From the NCBI RefSeq assembly GCF_009914755.1, contig NC_060925.1: a DNA stretch of 64,000 nucleotides; one strand, given 5' to 3'. Shown here piece after piece: positions 1 to 20,794 of the stretch. The notes under the pieces were generated by a model, which worked only from the letters and a program-made list of their open reading frames with translations, searched no databases and was not told the origin of the DNA. The stretch's first letter is position 1. The number at the start of each line of letters is the position of its first letter. The translations under genes were made by a program, and so were the position numbers. This DNA comes from the human T2T-CHM13v2.0 reference genome, Homo sapiens.

Positions 1-857
<857 letters not shown>

Positions 858-3074
858 CATAACTTCATTTTGTATGTGGCTTTAATTATTACCTTGATTC
901 TGACCTTGCCATGGCTGCCTATCCCCAACTCTTGACTTCACTTTGTGGGTCCTATCCTTATTTCTCTGTATCCTGACATAGCTGAGGCAAGGAAGTTGTG
1001 ACTGCTCTGTTACTCTTTCAAGTGCAAATCATGTGCATGTGCATATAAGCATGTTGGCAACAGAGATATCCGACATCTGTGGTGGATGTTGCTGGCAATC
1101 AATTAAACAGTGATGGATTTTGTTGAGGCTGTGGCTGCATGATATTGAGCAAATGACTTTTGAGCATTATCTTCCTCTATAATATGAGTATAATACCTAA
1201 TGAGAGAACTATTGTAAGAAATGAATATATGTGAAAAGCACCCAGCACAGTGCCTGGTACACAGTAGGTGGTTAAATTTTCTTCTTTCCTCTCTCTTCCT
1301 GCTCTGAAGGTCCAACCCCAAGACTGTAAGTACTGCATGGCAATATCAGATTCTAACACTATAAGAGGCTGACTGTAACCGTGGATACTTCTGGACAAGA
1401 AGGAAGTAATCAGCCTCAATTCTCCCTGTTAAGGAGACTAATCTTTAAGTCTCTTAAAGAGAGAAAGATAAATGGGGCTGGTGGGGGTGGGGAGCGGGGG
1501 AGGTTCTATACTAAAAGGAAATCAAGACTAATCCTGGTATACATTGCCTGGTATATATTGCCCATGGCTTTAGCTCACAAAGCTGGCATATTGGCATATT
1601 GCTTGAGTCCTTCATAGGGCCAGTGACAATCTAGGGCCCTGACTCAGGTCTAGGAGCAGCTCCTACTAAGGCAAGCAAAGAGCTGGGCCAATACCTGGGC
1701 TTCTAGATCTCCTAAGAGATCAGCTTCTTTAGGCTTAAACCAGCTGACATTATAAAACAGGGAGGAACACTCAGTTATCAAGAGGAATCACAGTCACAAT
1801 ACTCAGACTAAGATCTGCTTTGGCCCTGGACACAGAATCCAACACATTTTGAATTAAAATGTTCAAGAGATTCTGTGGAACATTCATCTATCATACTACA
1901 CTCAGAAGTGGATAAAAAACTTGTAAAATGTGTACAGTTACTAAATTCTCATCAAAGAGAGTACAGATTTTCTTCTCTCTGCAGCTCTCCCTGTAGCTTT
2001 TCTGCTTGGTCAACTGTAGAAACCCACCTCTCTTCTTCCACTATTAATGTATTAATACTAAACTGCTTCTGTTATCTGTCACTACATCTCCTTTCCCTCA
2101 TTCACCAAGTATATAATGAATGCCTTACAAATCCAGGTAGATATCCATTCTCAAAGAATTTGAGTGGAAAATGTTAACATGTAAACAAATAACAAAACCT
2201 AAGTGTGACTTTATTGAAAACATGATGCTTTTCTACATAAAGAACACAGGGTAGAATATGTTAACTCTCAGAGGTAAAATATAACAAAGGATTGCTACAA
2301 CAGTCCTTTCTTGAAGCTGTGTCTCCTAGGTTTACTCTTTCCTTTCCATTCCTAAAGGAGTCATCATCTGATGACCAGATGATTATAAGTGCCTCCTACT
2401 TATCTTGAAGAAATCTCTTTCCCATGCAGAATGGTTTATGTTCACTTGCCAGGTTGTATCATTGCTCATTTCCTGTAAGACTATTCTGTTTAAAGATCTG
2501 TAACTCCCTGCTCAGCTTTCAAGACCTTCTACATGCTGCTACCTACCACCAACCAATTCAATCCCATCTCCCACAACCTTTCAAAGACCTTCACTATTCC
2601 AGCCAGGAGTAAAGACTGTCCCTCAAGTAACATTCTAATTTGCCCTGCTGTGCCTTTTTACTTTTTCCAATATATTGAAATATATCAATTTTCAATATAT
2701 GCTCTTTGATTGTAGCGACTCTGAGAGGTCAAGGTAGATGCGGGGAGGAAAGAGATAAGGGTCTCCTAAACAGATCTTGAGGTGGGGAAACAGTATGTGC
2801 TGAGGCTCTGTATCATTCTCTACTGCAGCAGGTTCTGGGAAAGTCCCATTTGGCAGAGCTTCTGGCCAGGACCTATAGCCATATCACAAACTTCAGGCTT
2901 GTCCTCAAGGTACACACACCATTGTGTTACACTTGCCAGGTGTGGGAATAACTAACTGGTAGTGGCCAAATGAACTACAAATAAGCTATAACAACCAGGA
3001 TGAGATGACTAGGTTTGCTGTAAAACTGCCTGCATATACAGACACCAAAAGCCACAATCCTCTTTGATAGTATT

Positions 3075-3480
3075 AAGAAAGCACTGTCAGTTTTTTGAAG
3101 GTGTGATAATGATATTAAGGTATTTATTTAAAAAAAGCCTCTCTCTCTCTCTCTATATATATATATATGTACATATACATAAAATATATATCTATTTTAA
3201 ATATCCTTATCCTGGAAGCGTCCTTATATTTTAACTATACATGCTGAAATATATTTACAGATGAAATTATATCAAAATATTTACAGATGAAATTATATCA
3301 AAATGCCTTGCTTTAAAACAATTTAGGGTAATGGGGGGAGAGAAACGGTGGCATATATAAAACAAAATTGACAATGAGTTGATAATTGTTGAAACTGTGT
3401 GATGGATACATGGGAGTTCATTATTTTCTTTACTTTTGCATTTATGTGAAATTTTCCATAGTAAATCATTTTTTAAAAAG
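3075..3480 (+). mobile_element. Old L1MC/ME 3' end fragment containing (CT)n(AT)n and a 26-bp tandem duplication
   Basis: gagttgataattgttgaaactgtgtgatggatacatgggagttcattatt...gaaattttccata. Confidence 0.7.
3251..3302. repeat. Perfect 26-bp tandem duplication (atatttacagatgaaattatatcaaa x2)
   Basis: Read directly. Confidence 0.95.
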
Positions 3481-4980
3481 TCATCCTTTCTAACACAGTT
3501 GTGTTCTCTTCTGCCTATCAAGGCCTAGGCTCATTTCATATGGCTTCATTTTTATTTGGGAGTGAAAAATAAACCCTTCAATGGCCAAGAGTTAATTTCA
3601 TTTTTGGAATACAAACAGCTTAGACTGGTCACTGAGAAATAGCTCTTGGATCACCCTCTAAATCTTGGCAACAAGTTACCCTGCTATCTAAAAAGCAAGG
3701 TCTCCACATTCCACCATGAGCTTAGGCTGTAATTTCCATGAGGGCAGGGCCATATCTGTTTATTTATCATTGATCCCATGGTTGATCTAGCACAATGCCT
3801 GGCTCATAATGGGTGCTTAATAAGTATGTGTAGATGGAATGAAAACATTTTTCAGAGGTCAGAAGGGAGCAGGGCAACTGTGTCCTTGGTAGGGGAAACA
3901 GAGCTATAACAATCCTTGGGAAAGCTTTCTAAAAGTCCAAATGATTTGTTTTACCATTGGCTCTACATGGGCCTCTCCACAGGAACTTAGCAAGTGTTGT
4001 GGGGGGGTGACAGGTAGGACACTGCAAGAAAGATCATACTGGGCAGGGGAGCAATCCTCCTTCCTCTTAATATTCCGATATATATTCAAGTCCATCAGCC
4101 AAAGGCAGAGCTAGCATTTAAACTCAGGTTCTCAAATTCTTTTCTCCAGATGGTCGGAGATACCTCTTGCTACTGTGGTATCTGTTCACCTAGATAAGTT
4201 TCCGCCTTGGATAGCACTGGTGAACTTTCCAAACTTATCCAGCAGTCATCAAGGGAAGCTAGCTGCTCCTATTCTTAACCATGCAGTTATTAAATCTTTT
4301 TCCACCTGTTCCTTTGAGGACTGTAGCTGCTTTTCTTATAAAAAATCCTTGAGATCAACTGCAAAAGGGGTTTTCTCTTTGAAAACTCAAGTCCGGTGAT
4401 CTGCCAGACACAATCTCTGGAAACTATTTAAGTCCTACAATTCTGTTCTAAAACAAACAAACAAAAAAATCAGAAAATGTGCCAAATTTTGTTTCTCTGC
4501 ACTCACTGAAGTGGGCTTCTTTTCTAAAATTGGGGGGAAACTTGCTCTCCTTTTTCTCTTCTATGGTTAAGTCTGTAGCCCTTTGCTAAGAGGGCCCATC
4601 TACAGGATAACTGCCTAGGAGAACATGTAATTAGAGACAAACAGCATAAGGGCTGTGGAGCTCACTCCTGTCAAAGGAGGGAAGAAGAGCCTGGAACTGG
4701 GCAGAAAGAGGCATCATGGGTTACCGTTAAGTGTTACAAAATATTTTGCTGATTTATTATAACACACGCTGCAAAAATATAAGCAGGGGACTCTGTGGTA
4801 CAGATAAAACAACACTATATTGATGACATAATTTCATTTCTAAAACAAAAATGAGAACTAACTGTGCTATTGTGCTAATTTTAGAAACTGGTTATCTAAA
4901 TTATGAAGGTTTAAAATTTAAGGAATTCACAAAGTAGCTTGTTAAGCACTGTAGGTTTGACTCTACCACCCTTTTTCTTA

Positions 4981-5166
<186 letters not shown>

Positions 5167-5364
5167 TTATGAGGGTCAGAGGCATGCTGCCTACATCTCT
5201 TTCTGGGGAGACCAGGACAGTGGACCCCAGCCCTGACTCTACCACATAAAAGGTGTTTTCCCTAGAAACCCTATGGCATACTTTCTGAGGCTTTTACGAT
5301 TCTAAAGAAATCTGGTGAGACATCATATCACTGATAATCTACCTTCTTCTATTTGATCGTTAAC

Positions 5365-6747
<1,383 letters not shown>

Positions 6748-6784
6748 TATGTCTTAAACAAAACAAAACAAAATGAAACAAAAC

Positions 6785-10489
<3,705 letters not shown>

Positions 10490-11591
10490 GCTCCCAAAGA
10501 AGCGGCTGCCTGCTTTGGGCAGATTACTTTTAAATTTCGAGTAGTTCAAGAACCAAGCTGTACCCGTGTTTCAATATTTATTTACCCAAGTTTGTTCCAA
10601 ATATTAACAACACATACTGTATGTCAGGGGCAAAGCTTTAGGATTTCTAGGGAAGCTGTAAGAAAGACTAACACACAGCTACTGGTCTATGAGATTATGC
10701 AGGACTGCATACTTTGAACTTTTCTGAGATTTGCTTTAATTTAAAGAAAGCTGAACACAAAGATATATGTACCATGAACACTGTACAAAACATCTGTGAA
10801 CGATAGAGCTAGGGAATAAAAAAAGCAGTTCTGAAAGGCAGCCTTGAAAGAAGGAAATATGTCCATGAAAGACAAAATTAGTACTTTACATGTCCAAAGC
10901 TCTTAGTGACTCTAAAAAAAGGTCTTTAGTTAACAACAAGATCTTTAATTTTCCCCCAAAAGATCTCCAGGGATTTTCAGATCCTCATTCCCTTCAAATC
11001 TACAAAGGTCCCCAGGCTCAGGGCAATGCCAAATGTTCTTGAAGTCTGCTCCCTTCTTCCCCGTTCCCAGCATCATCATGTGTGTGGGAGGAACTGAGTT
11101 GTTTTTATCCTGCTCACTGCCTAAGTACAGCAGAAGCCAACTGGGAGTTCTATTCCCCAATATGCTCATTGTACAATGCTTAGTTCCTAGAAGGGTGGGT
11201 AGAAAAGAGCTGACAGGCAAAGAAGCAGTTTATAGTAGCTGCATGTTTAAAAACTGAAATTCATCTAGACACCCTGTGTGAACACATTTAGATTTTCAGC
11301 ATTGCTGTGAATGAGACCGTAAGAATTTCTAGCCTAGTGGGAGAACTGGTATGCATGTTGATATAGTCCACAGTTACTCAGTGAGAAAGGAAAGCCATCA
11401 TTAATTTAAACTGAGTGTGTTGGCTAGGTGTGGTGGCTCATGCCATAATCCCAGCACTTTGGGAGGCTGACATGGATGGATCACCTGAGGTCAGGAGTTC
11501 GAGACCAGCCTGGCCAACATGGCAAAACCCCATCTCTACTAAAACTACAAAAAAAATTAGCCAGGTGTGGTAGCACACACCTGTAATCTCA

Positions 11592-11788
<197 letters not shown>

Positions 11789-12124
11789 CTAACCAAGCTA
11801 AGTTCAAAGTTTGGGGACCAGAGAATGGTATTGGGTGAGAACAGAATGAAGAAAACCCAGTTGCACAAAAAAAAGTCAAATACAAGAGAAAATTAATTTT
11901 ATCACAGGCTTCTCTTTGCATGAATATGAATGTTAACAGAGAAGGAAGTGTCATGGATGGCTTCTGAATTCAGATGCCAGTGGAACTGGAGCTTGAAACA
12001 GTTATTCATAAAACCAGAGATAACAATTCAGATGAGGATAAAAGCCTCCTACAGTAACTTAACTATCTTGCAGTGTTCAATGCAGCAACATAAACAACTC
12101 CTCTATTTGAAGACCTTCAGATAA

Positions 12125-12322
<198 letters not shown>

Positions 12323-12899
12323 TAGTAGAGATGGGGTTTCACCGTGTTAGCCAGGATGGTCTCGATCTCCTGACCTCGTGATCTGCCCACCTCGGCCTCC
12401 CAAAGTGCTGGGATTACAGGCATGAGCCACCATGTCCAGCCAGATTTGGCAATCTTAAACATATTCCAACAAAGAAGCATCTTCTCTCCCGCTAAAAGAA
12501 TCAGAGCTAATTCACTACTCCCTAATCACTGCAATTTAGAAGAAACTAGAGACCAAGATATGCTTGAAATAATCAAGTTTTCTCAGAACTAGGGAAAAGG
12601 GAATGACCTATGGCTACTACTTACTAGCTACCTATAATTTTAACAAGAGGTGCTGGGGCAAGCACCTGTGGTGTGGCTATCTGGTATTTGCTACATAGGA
12701 AGGCACTAACCATACCATCCCAATGCCTGATCTTGGTCACACTGTAAGTGGTAGGAATAACAGATTCTCGATTGTTAGGAGTGCATATGGAGTTATCAAA
12801 CTAGAGGTCTGCCTGTTCAGCAGGGTAGGCTATGACACCATAGCCCTGAGGTGCTCAGGCCCTCTCCAAAAAAAGCAGTTGTGTTGAGGTGAAAACCCT

Positions 12900-13471
12900 G
12901 GACTCAAAGCAGCAGAGACTGCCAACAGTGGAAGGATTCTTAAGAGTTCCAAGTTCTGCTCCAGGTCCAGTTTTTAGGTGACCTTGTGGGTTTGTTCTTG
13001 TTCTTGTCCAGATCCAGCTTTCCTTTCTGACTGATGGTCTGGCTGACTGATAGTGATTTCAGGCTCAACACTAGACACAGAAACAACAGCATACATACAC
13101 TACTCTACGAGCTTCCGTAATTGTGTAATAAATCCTTTATTCTCTATGACTCACAGCATTTCTGTTTCTCTGATATAAAAATTGCTACTAGAAGTGGTCC
13201 TGGAAAAAAAAAAATCTTAAAGATGGGTTTGCTGAACTTGTTCTGTGTTATTTGGAATTGGTTCTCTGATCTGATTAGATTTAAAGGCCTATCAACTAAT
13301 TGGATGAGGCCCACCCAGATTAGCCAAGATAATCTCTCTTACTTAAAATCAATGGATTGTTGATATTAATTACATACAAAAATACCTTCATAACAACACC
13401 TAGATTAGTGTTTGATGGAATAAATAGGTACTACAGACTAGCAAAATTGATACATAAAACTAACCATCACA
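12900..13471. mobile_element. ERVL/MLT2 composite: LTR 3' part and start of internal region (+, to about 13288), then MLT2 LTR 5' part (-, about 13285-13471)
   Basis: ggaattggttctctgatctgattagatttaaaggc resembles the ERVL internal 5' region; ...ttgatacataaaactaaccatcaca is the reverse complement of the MLT2 start. Confidence 0.6.
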
Positions 13472-14033
13472 CAGACTAATGAGAGCCACATGTCTAATAA
13501 GTAACACAGGAATTAGCAAAGCCTTCCTAGGCAGAATCACACTGCTGTTCACCCTCACCCATCTCAACTCAGCGTGCCAGAACCTGCTGAGATCTAGAAG
13601 CATCTCACTCCCCAAGAGGTGCTCAAGAAAGCATTCTGCACAGCACCACTGACAAGAAGCTTCTACTCAAAGATAAGCCCAAGAGTGTTACATCTTTCAA
13701 GCTATCCTTCTAAGCTGTCTGGCCCATACAACTCTGGGTGGGGAAAACTGACACATTAATTTGCACTCCACTCTAGTCTCACTGGTCTAGCTAATATGAC
13801 ATTTCAGCAGGTCATGCCCATCATGAGGTAGAGTCTATTTTCTCGTCTCATGAATCTAGGCTGGCCTTGTGACAGCCTTGACCAGAATTATCCCAAGTAC
13901 ACAAGCAATATTCCTACTGTCTTCAGGCCTGGTTCCAAGCTGGTTGTGTAGGAGATGGTCACGGCAAAGGTTCAGTGAAGGATCACTCAGGAGTTCATGC
14001 CTCAAAGCTTTGTTTCAGCTTCTGCATGGCTAG

Positions 14034-14404
<371 letters not shown>

Positions 14405-14439
14405 CTAAGTACCAGGTATGTACAAGACACTAAGTTGAC

Positions 14440-14900
14440 ATCTATATATTAATGCTTACAAATTTATATCTGAAGCATAGTCCTATCCTCTGAACACCGA
14501 GTCTATATATGACTTACTCCTGTTTACCTGGATCCCCAAATGAACTTCGGATCTCCCTGCCACAAACCCAGTGCTTCCTATCTGATTATTATCCTGCTGC
14601 TCAAACCTGAAATGTGAGTCTTTTTTGACACCACTACACTTCTCAACCCCAAGGTTCAAACACCAAGTCCTCAGATTTTACCTGCTAAATCCTTCTCTAA
14701 CTTATCTACTTTTCTCCAACTCCACTGTCAATACCCTAGTTCAAATTACCATTACTTCTTACCTGGATTACTACAATACCTTCCCTTACTTGGTCTCTCT
14801 GCATCCTCTCTTACCCAACTCCAATCCTTTCTCCATATTGTATCCAGAGTTATCTTTCGAAGGCAAATTTGATTGTGTCATTCCCTGCTTAAAATGCTTT
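14440..14900 (+). mobile_element. L2 fragment
   Basis: accattacttcttacctggattactacaataccttcccttacttggtctctctgcatc. Confidence 0.6.
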
Positions 14901-14925
14901 GGTAGTGGCTGGGCGCGGTGGCTCA

Positions 14926-15183
<258 letters not shown>

Positions 15184-15217
15184 TCAAAAACAAACAAAAA
15201 ATGCTTTGGTAGTTGGG

Positions 15218-15700
<483 letters not shown>

Positions 15701-15814
15701 CCAGCCCTTTCTCCAATTCACAAGATTAAGAAGTCTCAGCTCTGCCTATAAAGACTCTGTTGCCAAAGCACATTCAAACACAAGGTGACACTCTGGCTCC
15801 ATTAATGTCCTCTT

Positions 15815-16700
15815 CCAACAAATTTACTGGGATCCTACTATGTCAGGCCATGTATTAGACCTTAGGCCTACAAAGACAAAATACAACCACTATCCTTATG
15901 TAACTTATAGTCCAGAGCAATACAGGGTTATAAATGTTACCACAGAACTTTCTTCAGTATATAGGGGAGCACAAAGGAAGAAGCACGGTTCTGCCTATGA
16001 CAGGAAAGATTAGAAAAATCTTCACAGAAAAATGATATTTGAGCTGAGTCTTGAAAGAAAAATAAGTTCTTAGCCAGGGAGAGAAGAGTAACTTTGGCTG
16101 AAGGATTACCAGGAACGGTGAAAAGTAAAAGGACAAAGACATTACAAGGAATGCAGAAGTTAACAGAACTATAAGCAATTTTTCATAGCTACTGATAGAA
16201 TGTTGAGAATGGGGTTGTGTTAGAGAAAGATGAGATATAAGGCTGGAGGGGTAAGCATGATTAGATAACTGAGGGCTTTAGGAATGTGTGCTTTATTCTA
16301 CAAGCAATGTATTTATAGATTTGGGATAAAGAGATAGTGGAAAGCAAAGTTGAAAATTCTGGAGAATGTTGAAAAAACTAATGGAGAAAAGGTTCCAGGA
16401 GTGGCAGAAGAAAGGGGGTAAAAGGCATAAATGAAGGGACTGGCCCCAAACTTCTTCTAATGCTGGAGGAAAGGAATCGAAGGTGGGTCTGAATAAAGGC
16501 AAAGTCATGGATGGGGTAGCTGGGGAAATCAGCAGGCCCATGTTTTGACAGGAGAATGGTGATGGTAGAGAACAGCTTCTGAGAGGAGTGGAAAGCTGGC
16601 CCAGGACAAATGGAAGAATGAAGAGTGGTTCTGAGGGTTCAGCTAAGATAGGAGCCATGAATTTATAGTGCTGCCAATTTATATCCGTGCATAATATTTC
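15815..16700 (-). mobile_element. L2 fragment(s)
   Basis: caacaaatttactgggatcctactatgtcaggcc...cttcacagaaaaatgatatttgagctgagtcttgaa. Confidence 0.6.
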
Positions 16701-18257
16701 TCCTAAAGACTTTGGACTTGGAGAGAAATGCCTGAAGGCACAGGACCTAGATTGGATGAAGAAGGAAATGAGGGGGGAAAAGAGAGAGAGAGGGAGAGAA
16801 AAAAGAGAGGGTAGGAGTGGTGGTAGTAAGGGACTAGAAAGATTTGAGGCTGAAATAAGGAAACAGGATTCTGGGTAAAGATGGCAGATTAAACATAAGC
16901 GTTAACCCATCCTCTTTCTGAAAACTCACTGAAGTGTCAGTACAGATTTTTTTTTTTTTTAAAGACATAAACCCACAAGGACAAAGACCACAAGAAGAGA
17001 TGACAACAAAATTTTGGAAGCTGGAAAACAAAAGGATGGTGGTGGTAACAGATTTAGCATATCCAAGAAAGGTGAATCCTAAACCATCTATAAGGAAAGC
17101 TAAGAAGCAGCTTGATTTGTATCTCAGGAGCCCTGAAATGATCAGGAATTGGCAGCACAGCTTTTACCCACCCAGGCAGGAGATTGGAAGATTTTTCTCT
17201 GAAGTCTATATGGCCAGCTCCAAAGCAAAGACTTAAAGATATTGACATGGGTTATCTTACAGCCATATCATTTTATAGAAGTAAATTAAAAGTACAAAAG
17301 AGTAAGAATACACTGGACAAGATACCTTGGGAAAGGTTTGTGATCCTAACTTCCACAAGCCCTTCTTCCCTTCTGTACCTGCCCCCATCCCAAACTGCAA
17401 ATTAAGAGAGGTATTTTGGGAATTAGGGCTGGTTAGGAGCAGCAGAGGTACTAACTTACATAAATAGTATTTCAAGACTTCCACACCATTGGGAAAATAA
17501 TCAAGGGTTTAAACCATTTCTCATCATCTGTAGTCCCAGAAATACAGATCTGGCCATGATCTTTGAGGTCTTGACTGAAGTCCTTGACTCCCCAGATATA
17601 GATGTCTAAACCTTCCAAGATGACCTTGTGAACATTTTATTCCATTTTAAAGATATCCTTTAGGAGCTTGTTTTAATATTTTCATTACTCTTCCAGTAAA
17701 AAAGCTTGACAACTATTCAAAAGAAAACAATGTAACATTGGGGAAAAGCTACATGATTTTCTTATTAAATATTTGGCACAAATATCTTTTACTTATGAAC
17801 TATTAAAAACATATGTCTGTCAGAAATAAAGCAGGAATTTTAGAGCTGGAGGGGGGTTTCTTTAAAGACCAACTAAGCCAATTTCAGCTGGGGGAAACTG
17901 AGGCTTAGAAAAATAAAGTTATTTGCTCAAGGTCACACAGCTGGTTTGTCTCCAGACTAGACTGCAAATTCTCTGAACCTGAATTTTCAGTAACAAGCTC
18001 CTTCTACCAGAACATTCTTTCCTACTACATGTAATGCCTCTCCAAGTCAGAAATGCAACAATCAGACATGTAGGAAAGGTGTTGTGCTTTGTTTAAATCC
18101 AACAAGGTCATAAGAATCTGGGCCCTTTGAGGTAAAGTTACTAGTACTGACTGATGACTAGCTTGCTGGGGAGGCTGCCTCTGCACATGACCATATTCTA
18201 ACAGGTGTCTTTGAAATCAAGCAAACATTTTATCCCTCCCCACCCCCCCAAGTAATG

Positions 18258-18258
<1 letters not shown>

Positions 18259-18291
<33 letters not shown>

Positions 18292-18407
18292 AGAAATGGG
18301 TCTTGCTATGTTGCCCAGGCTGGTCTGAAACTTCTGGGCTCAAGCAATCCTTCCACCTCAGCCTCCTAAAGTGCTGGGATTACAGGTGTGAGCCACCACA
18401 CCCAGCC
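18259..18407 (-). mobile_element. FLAM/Alu left monomer with T tail
   Basis: Single monomer ending ...gagccaccacacccagcc. Confidence 0.85.
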
Positions 18408-18469
18408 TCTCTCTCAGAAAGAGAAAACTGATGGGATGTACATTCTGTCATTGTCCTTTTCTCTCTCTC

Positions 18470-18600
18470 TTTCTTTTTTAAATTTTTTTTCCATAGGTTT
18501 TGGGGGAACAGGTGGTATTTGGTTACATGAGTAAGTTCTTCAGTGGTAATCTGAGATTTTGGCGCACCCATCTCCTGAGCAGTATAGACTGAACCCAATT
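18470..18600 (-). mobile_element. Short L1PB-type 3' end fragment
   Basis: ccataggttttgggggaacaggtggtatttggttacatgagtaagttctt. Confidence 0.75.
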
Positions 18601-19309
18601 TACAAAAGTTAAAAAAACTTTACAAGAAGTTTCTGATTTTCCTATATACATGAAGGCCGTATCCAAGATAACTGGTGTTTGCTCACTAGGAACTAACCTC
18701 CATCTTTGGAAATTCAGCGTTTTAAAAAAGATAAAAACAGAAGGAAGTACTGTATTCTCATAATCAGAAAGTGCTTGAAAATCTGAATCTAATTAGCTTT
18801 TAACCAGCATCTCACTTGAGGCAGGAGGAGCACAACACCCCAGAGGGTCATAGGAATGAGAGAATATTTTTATGCATATTTATCCAGCCTGCAACCCTTT
18901 TATAACTACACACCAAAGATCCTGAATCACTGGGGTGTGGATTATAAATCAGAAGAACAAGGAAAAAAATCTGCCAACAACTAAAAATGCAGCCTAGTCT
19001 TAGGAAACTGATAGAAGATCTGCTCTCAATGACCCCAGTGCTTAGTCAAGGCCCTGAGCTTGACATCTATGAAGGAAAAAGACACATCCACCTGCTCTTC
19101 ATTATCACCTCACCTCTGACTAGGTCCATCTTCTTTGCTCCCATCATGCCCAAGCCTTGCTCTCATTGTCAAATGTAATTACAATTAAGGCAGTTACTAA
19201 CACTCCATTGTATGGAGCCATAAACTAGTTCCCACAGAGGTTAAAAAGAAAACAGAAAACAACCTCCACCCACCCTTTAGTTGTAACCAGAGAAACGTAT
19301 GAGTCTTGC

Positions 19310-19781
19310 TTTTTTGTTTGTTTGTTTTGTTTTGTTTTGTTTTTTTATTATACTTTAAGTTTTAGGGTACATGTGCACAATGTGCAGGTTAGTTACATAT
19401 GTATACATGTGCCATGCTGGTGCGCTGCACCCACTAACTCGTCATCTAGCATTAGGTATATCTCCCAATGCTATCCCTCCCCCCTCCCCCAACCCACAAC
19501 AGTCCCCAGAGTGTGATGTTCCCCTTCCTGTGTCCATGTGTTCTCATTGTTCAATTCCCACCTATGAGTGAGAACATGCGGTGTTTGGTTTTTTGTTCTT
19601 GCGATAGTTTACTGAGAATGATGATTTCCAATTTCATCCATGTCCCTACAAAGGACATGAACTCATCATTTTTTATGGCTGCATAGTATTCCATGGTGTA
19701 TATGTGCCACATTTTCTTAATCCAGTCTATCATTGTTGGACATTTGGGTTGGTTCCAAGTCTTTGCTATTGTGAATAGTGC
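19310..19781 (-). mobile_element. Young L1PA (L1PA2/3-like) 3' fragment, about 440 bp, tail converted to (TTTG/TTTTG)n
   Basis: ttattatactttaagttttagggtacatgtgcac...ggtgcgctgcacccactaactcgtcatctagcattagg. TSD tgctttt at 19307-19313 and 19779-19785, at a TTTT/AA site. Confidence 0.9.
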
Positions 19782-20702
19782 TTTTAAGAACTTAATGTCT
19801 AGGGCTGCTATCTCTAATACAGAACAAAGCATAAACATCAGTGCTTGATGGATGCATGTGAGTCAGGACCCTCATTTCACATAATAATTGCTAATCACAA
19901 TTAGTTTTCCTTTCTGTATTCCAAAGGACAGAATTCCTTGAGAGTCTTGAATTTAGCAATCCAACACTGTGATACTTTTCAAGTCTTATATACCTTAAAT
20001 CTATCCTACATACTTCTGTCAGATTATTTTTTTTCAGAATCCTATATTTGAATAATCATTTCCTTCCTCAAAAGTTTTTAATAATTCCCTGGTATTCAAG
20101 GCTCTCTATTTTTAGACCAACTTAACATCTCAGCCTTATCTCCTCAAGTTTCCCAACATGAACCTTCCATTCAGGTCAAACTGTCCTTCCCCACCTTTGC
20201 TCGTGGCATTCTCGGCATATAGGATTCAGCTGGCTTCCCATGTCCCTTTCCATATCCGGACCAAATCAATCCTTCAAGTCTGAATTATTCTATTCTGTTT
20301 CCCTGACCACCTCAGCGCCTAGGATTAGATACCTCCTTTGAATTCTTAGAACACTGTCTGTTGGACATAACTGTTCAGTATCTGATATCCCTTGCTATTG
20401 TTTGTTAACCTTTTCCATGCATAATTGAATCTTCCACCAAGGCTGATGAGCTATTTGAGATAAAGTCCCCTGCCTCAAGGAAAAAGTCTTCTGCCTTAAA
20501 TACCAAAACAGTGGTTTGACCAGATTTGAAGGATGTGTTCCTGAAAGTAGAATGTCCTCATGAATAAGGACTAGTTCTGTCCCTAACTAGATACATTGAA
20601 CAAAACCCCTTCTTCCTTGCTTTCAGAATCATTGCCTGAAATATAGAAGACTAGACTAACTAAATGACCTTCCAGCTGTGGCAGTTCGTAATTCTAGAAA
20701 TA

Positions 20703-20794
20703 TTACATTGGTGCAAAAGCAATTGCGGTTTTTGTTAAAAAAAAAAAAAAAAAAAAAAAAGGCAAAAACCGCAACTACTTTTGCACCAACCTAA
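20703..20794. mobile_element. MADE1 (Hsmar1/mariner-derived MITE) with TA target-site duplication
   Basis: Terminal inverted repeats ttacattggtgcaaaagcaattgcggtttttg ... gcaaaaaccgcaactacttttgcaccaacctaa, flanked by TA at 20701-20702 and 20795-20796. Confidence 0.93.

Noticed and set aside
2670-2700. 11-bp perfect inverted repeat atatattgaaa-N9-tttcaatatat
   Set aside because: Short and AT-only in character; compatible with chance or a local template switch, with no functional context.
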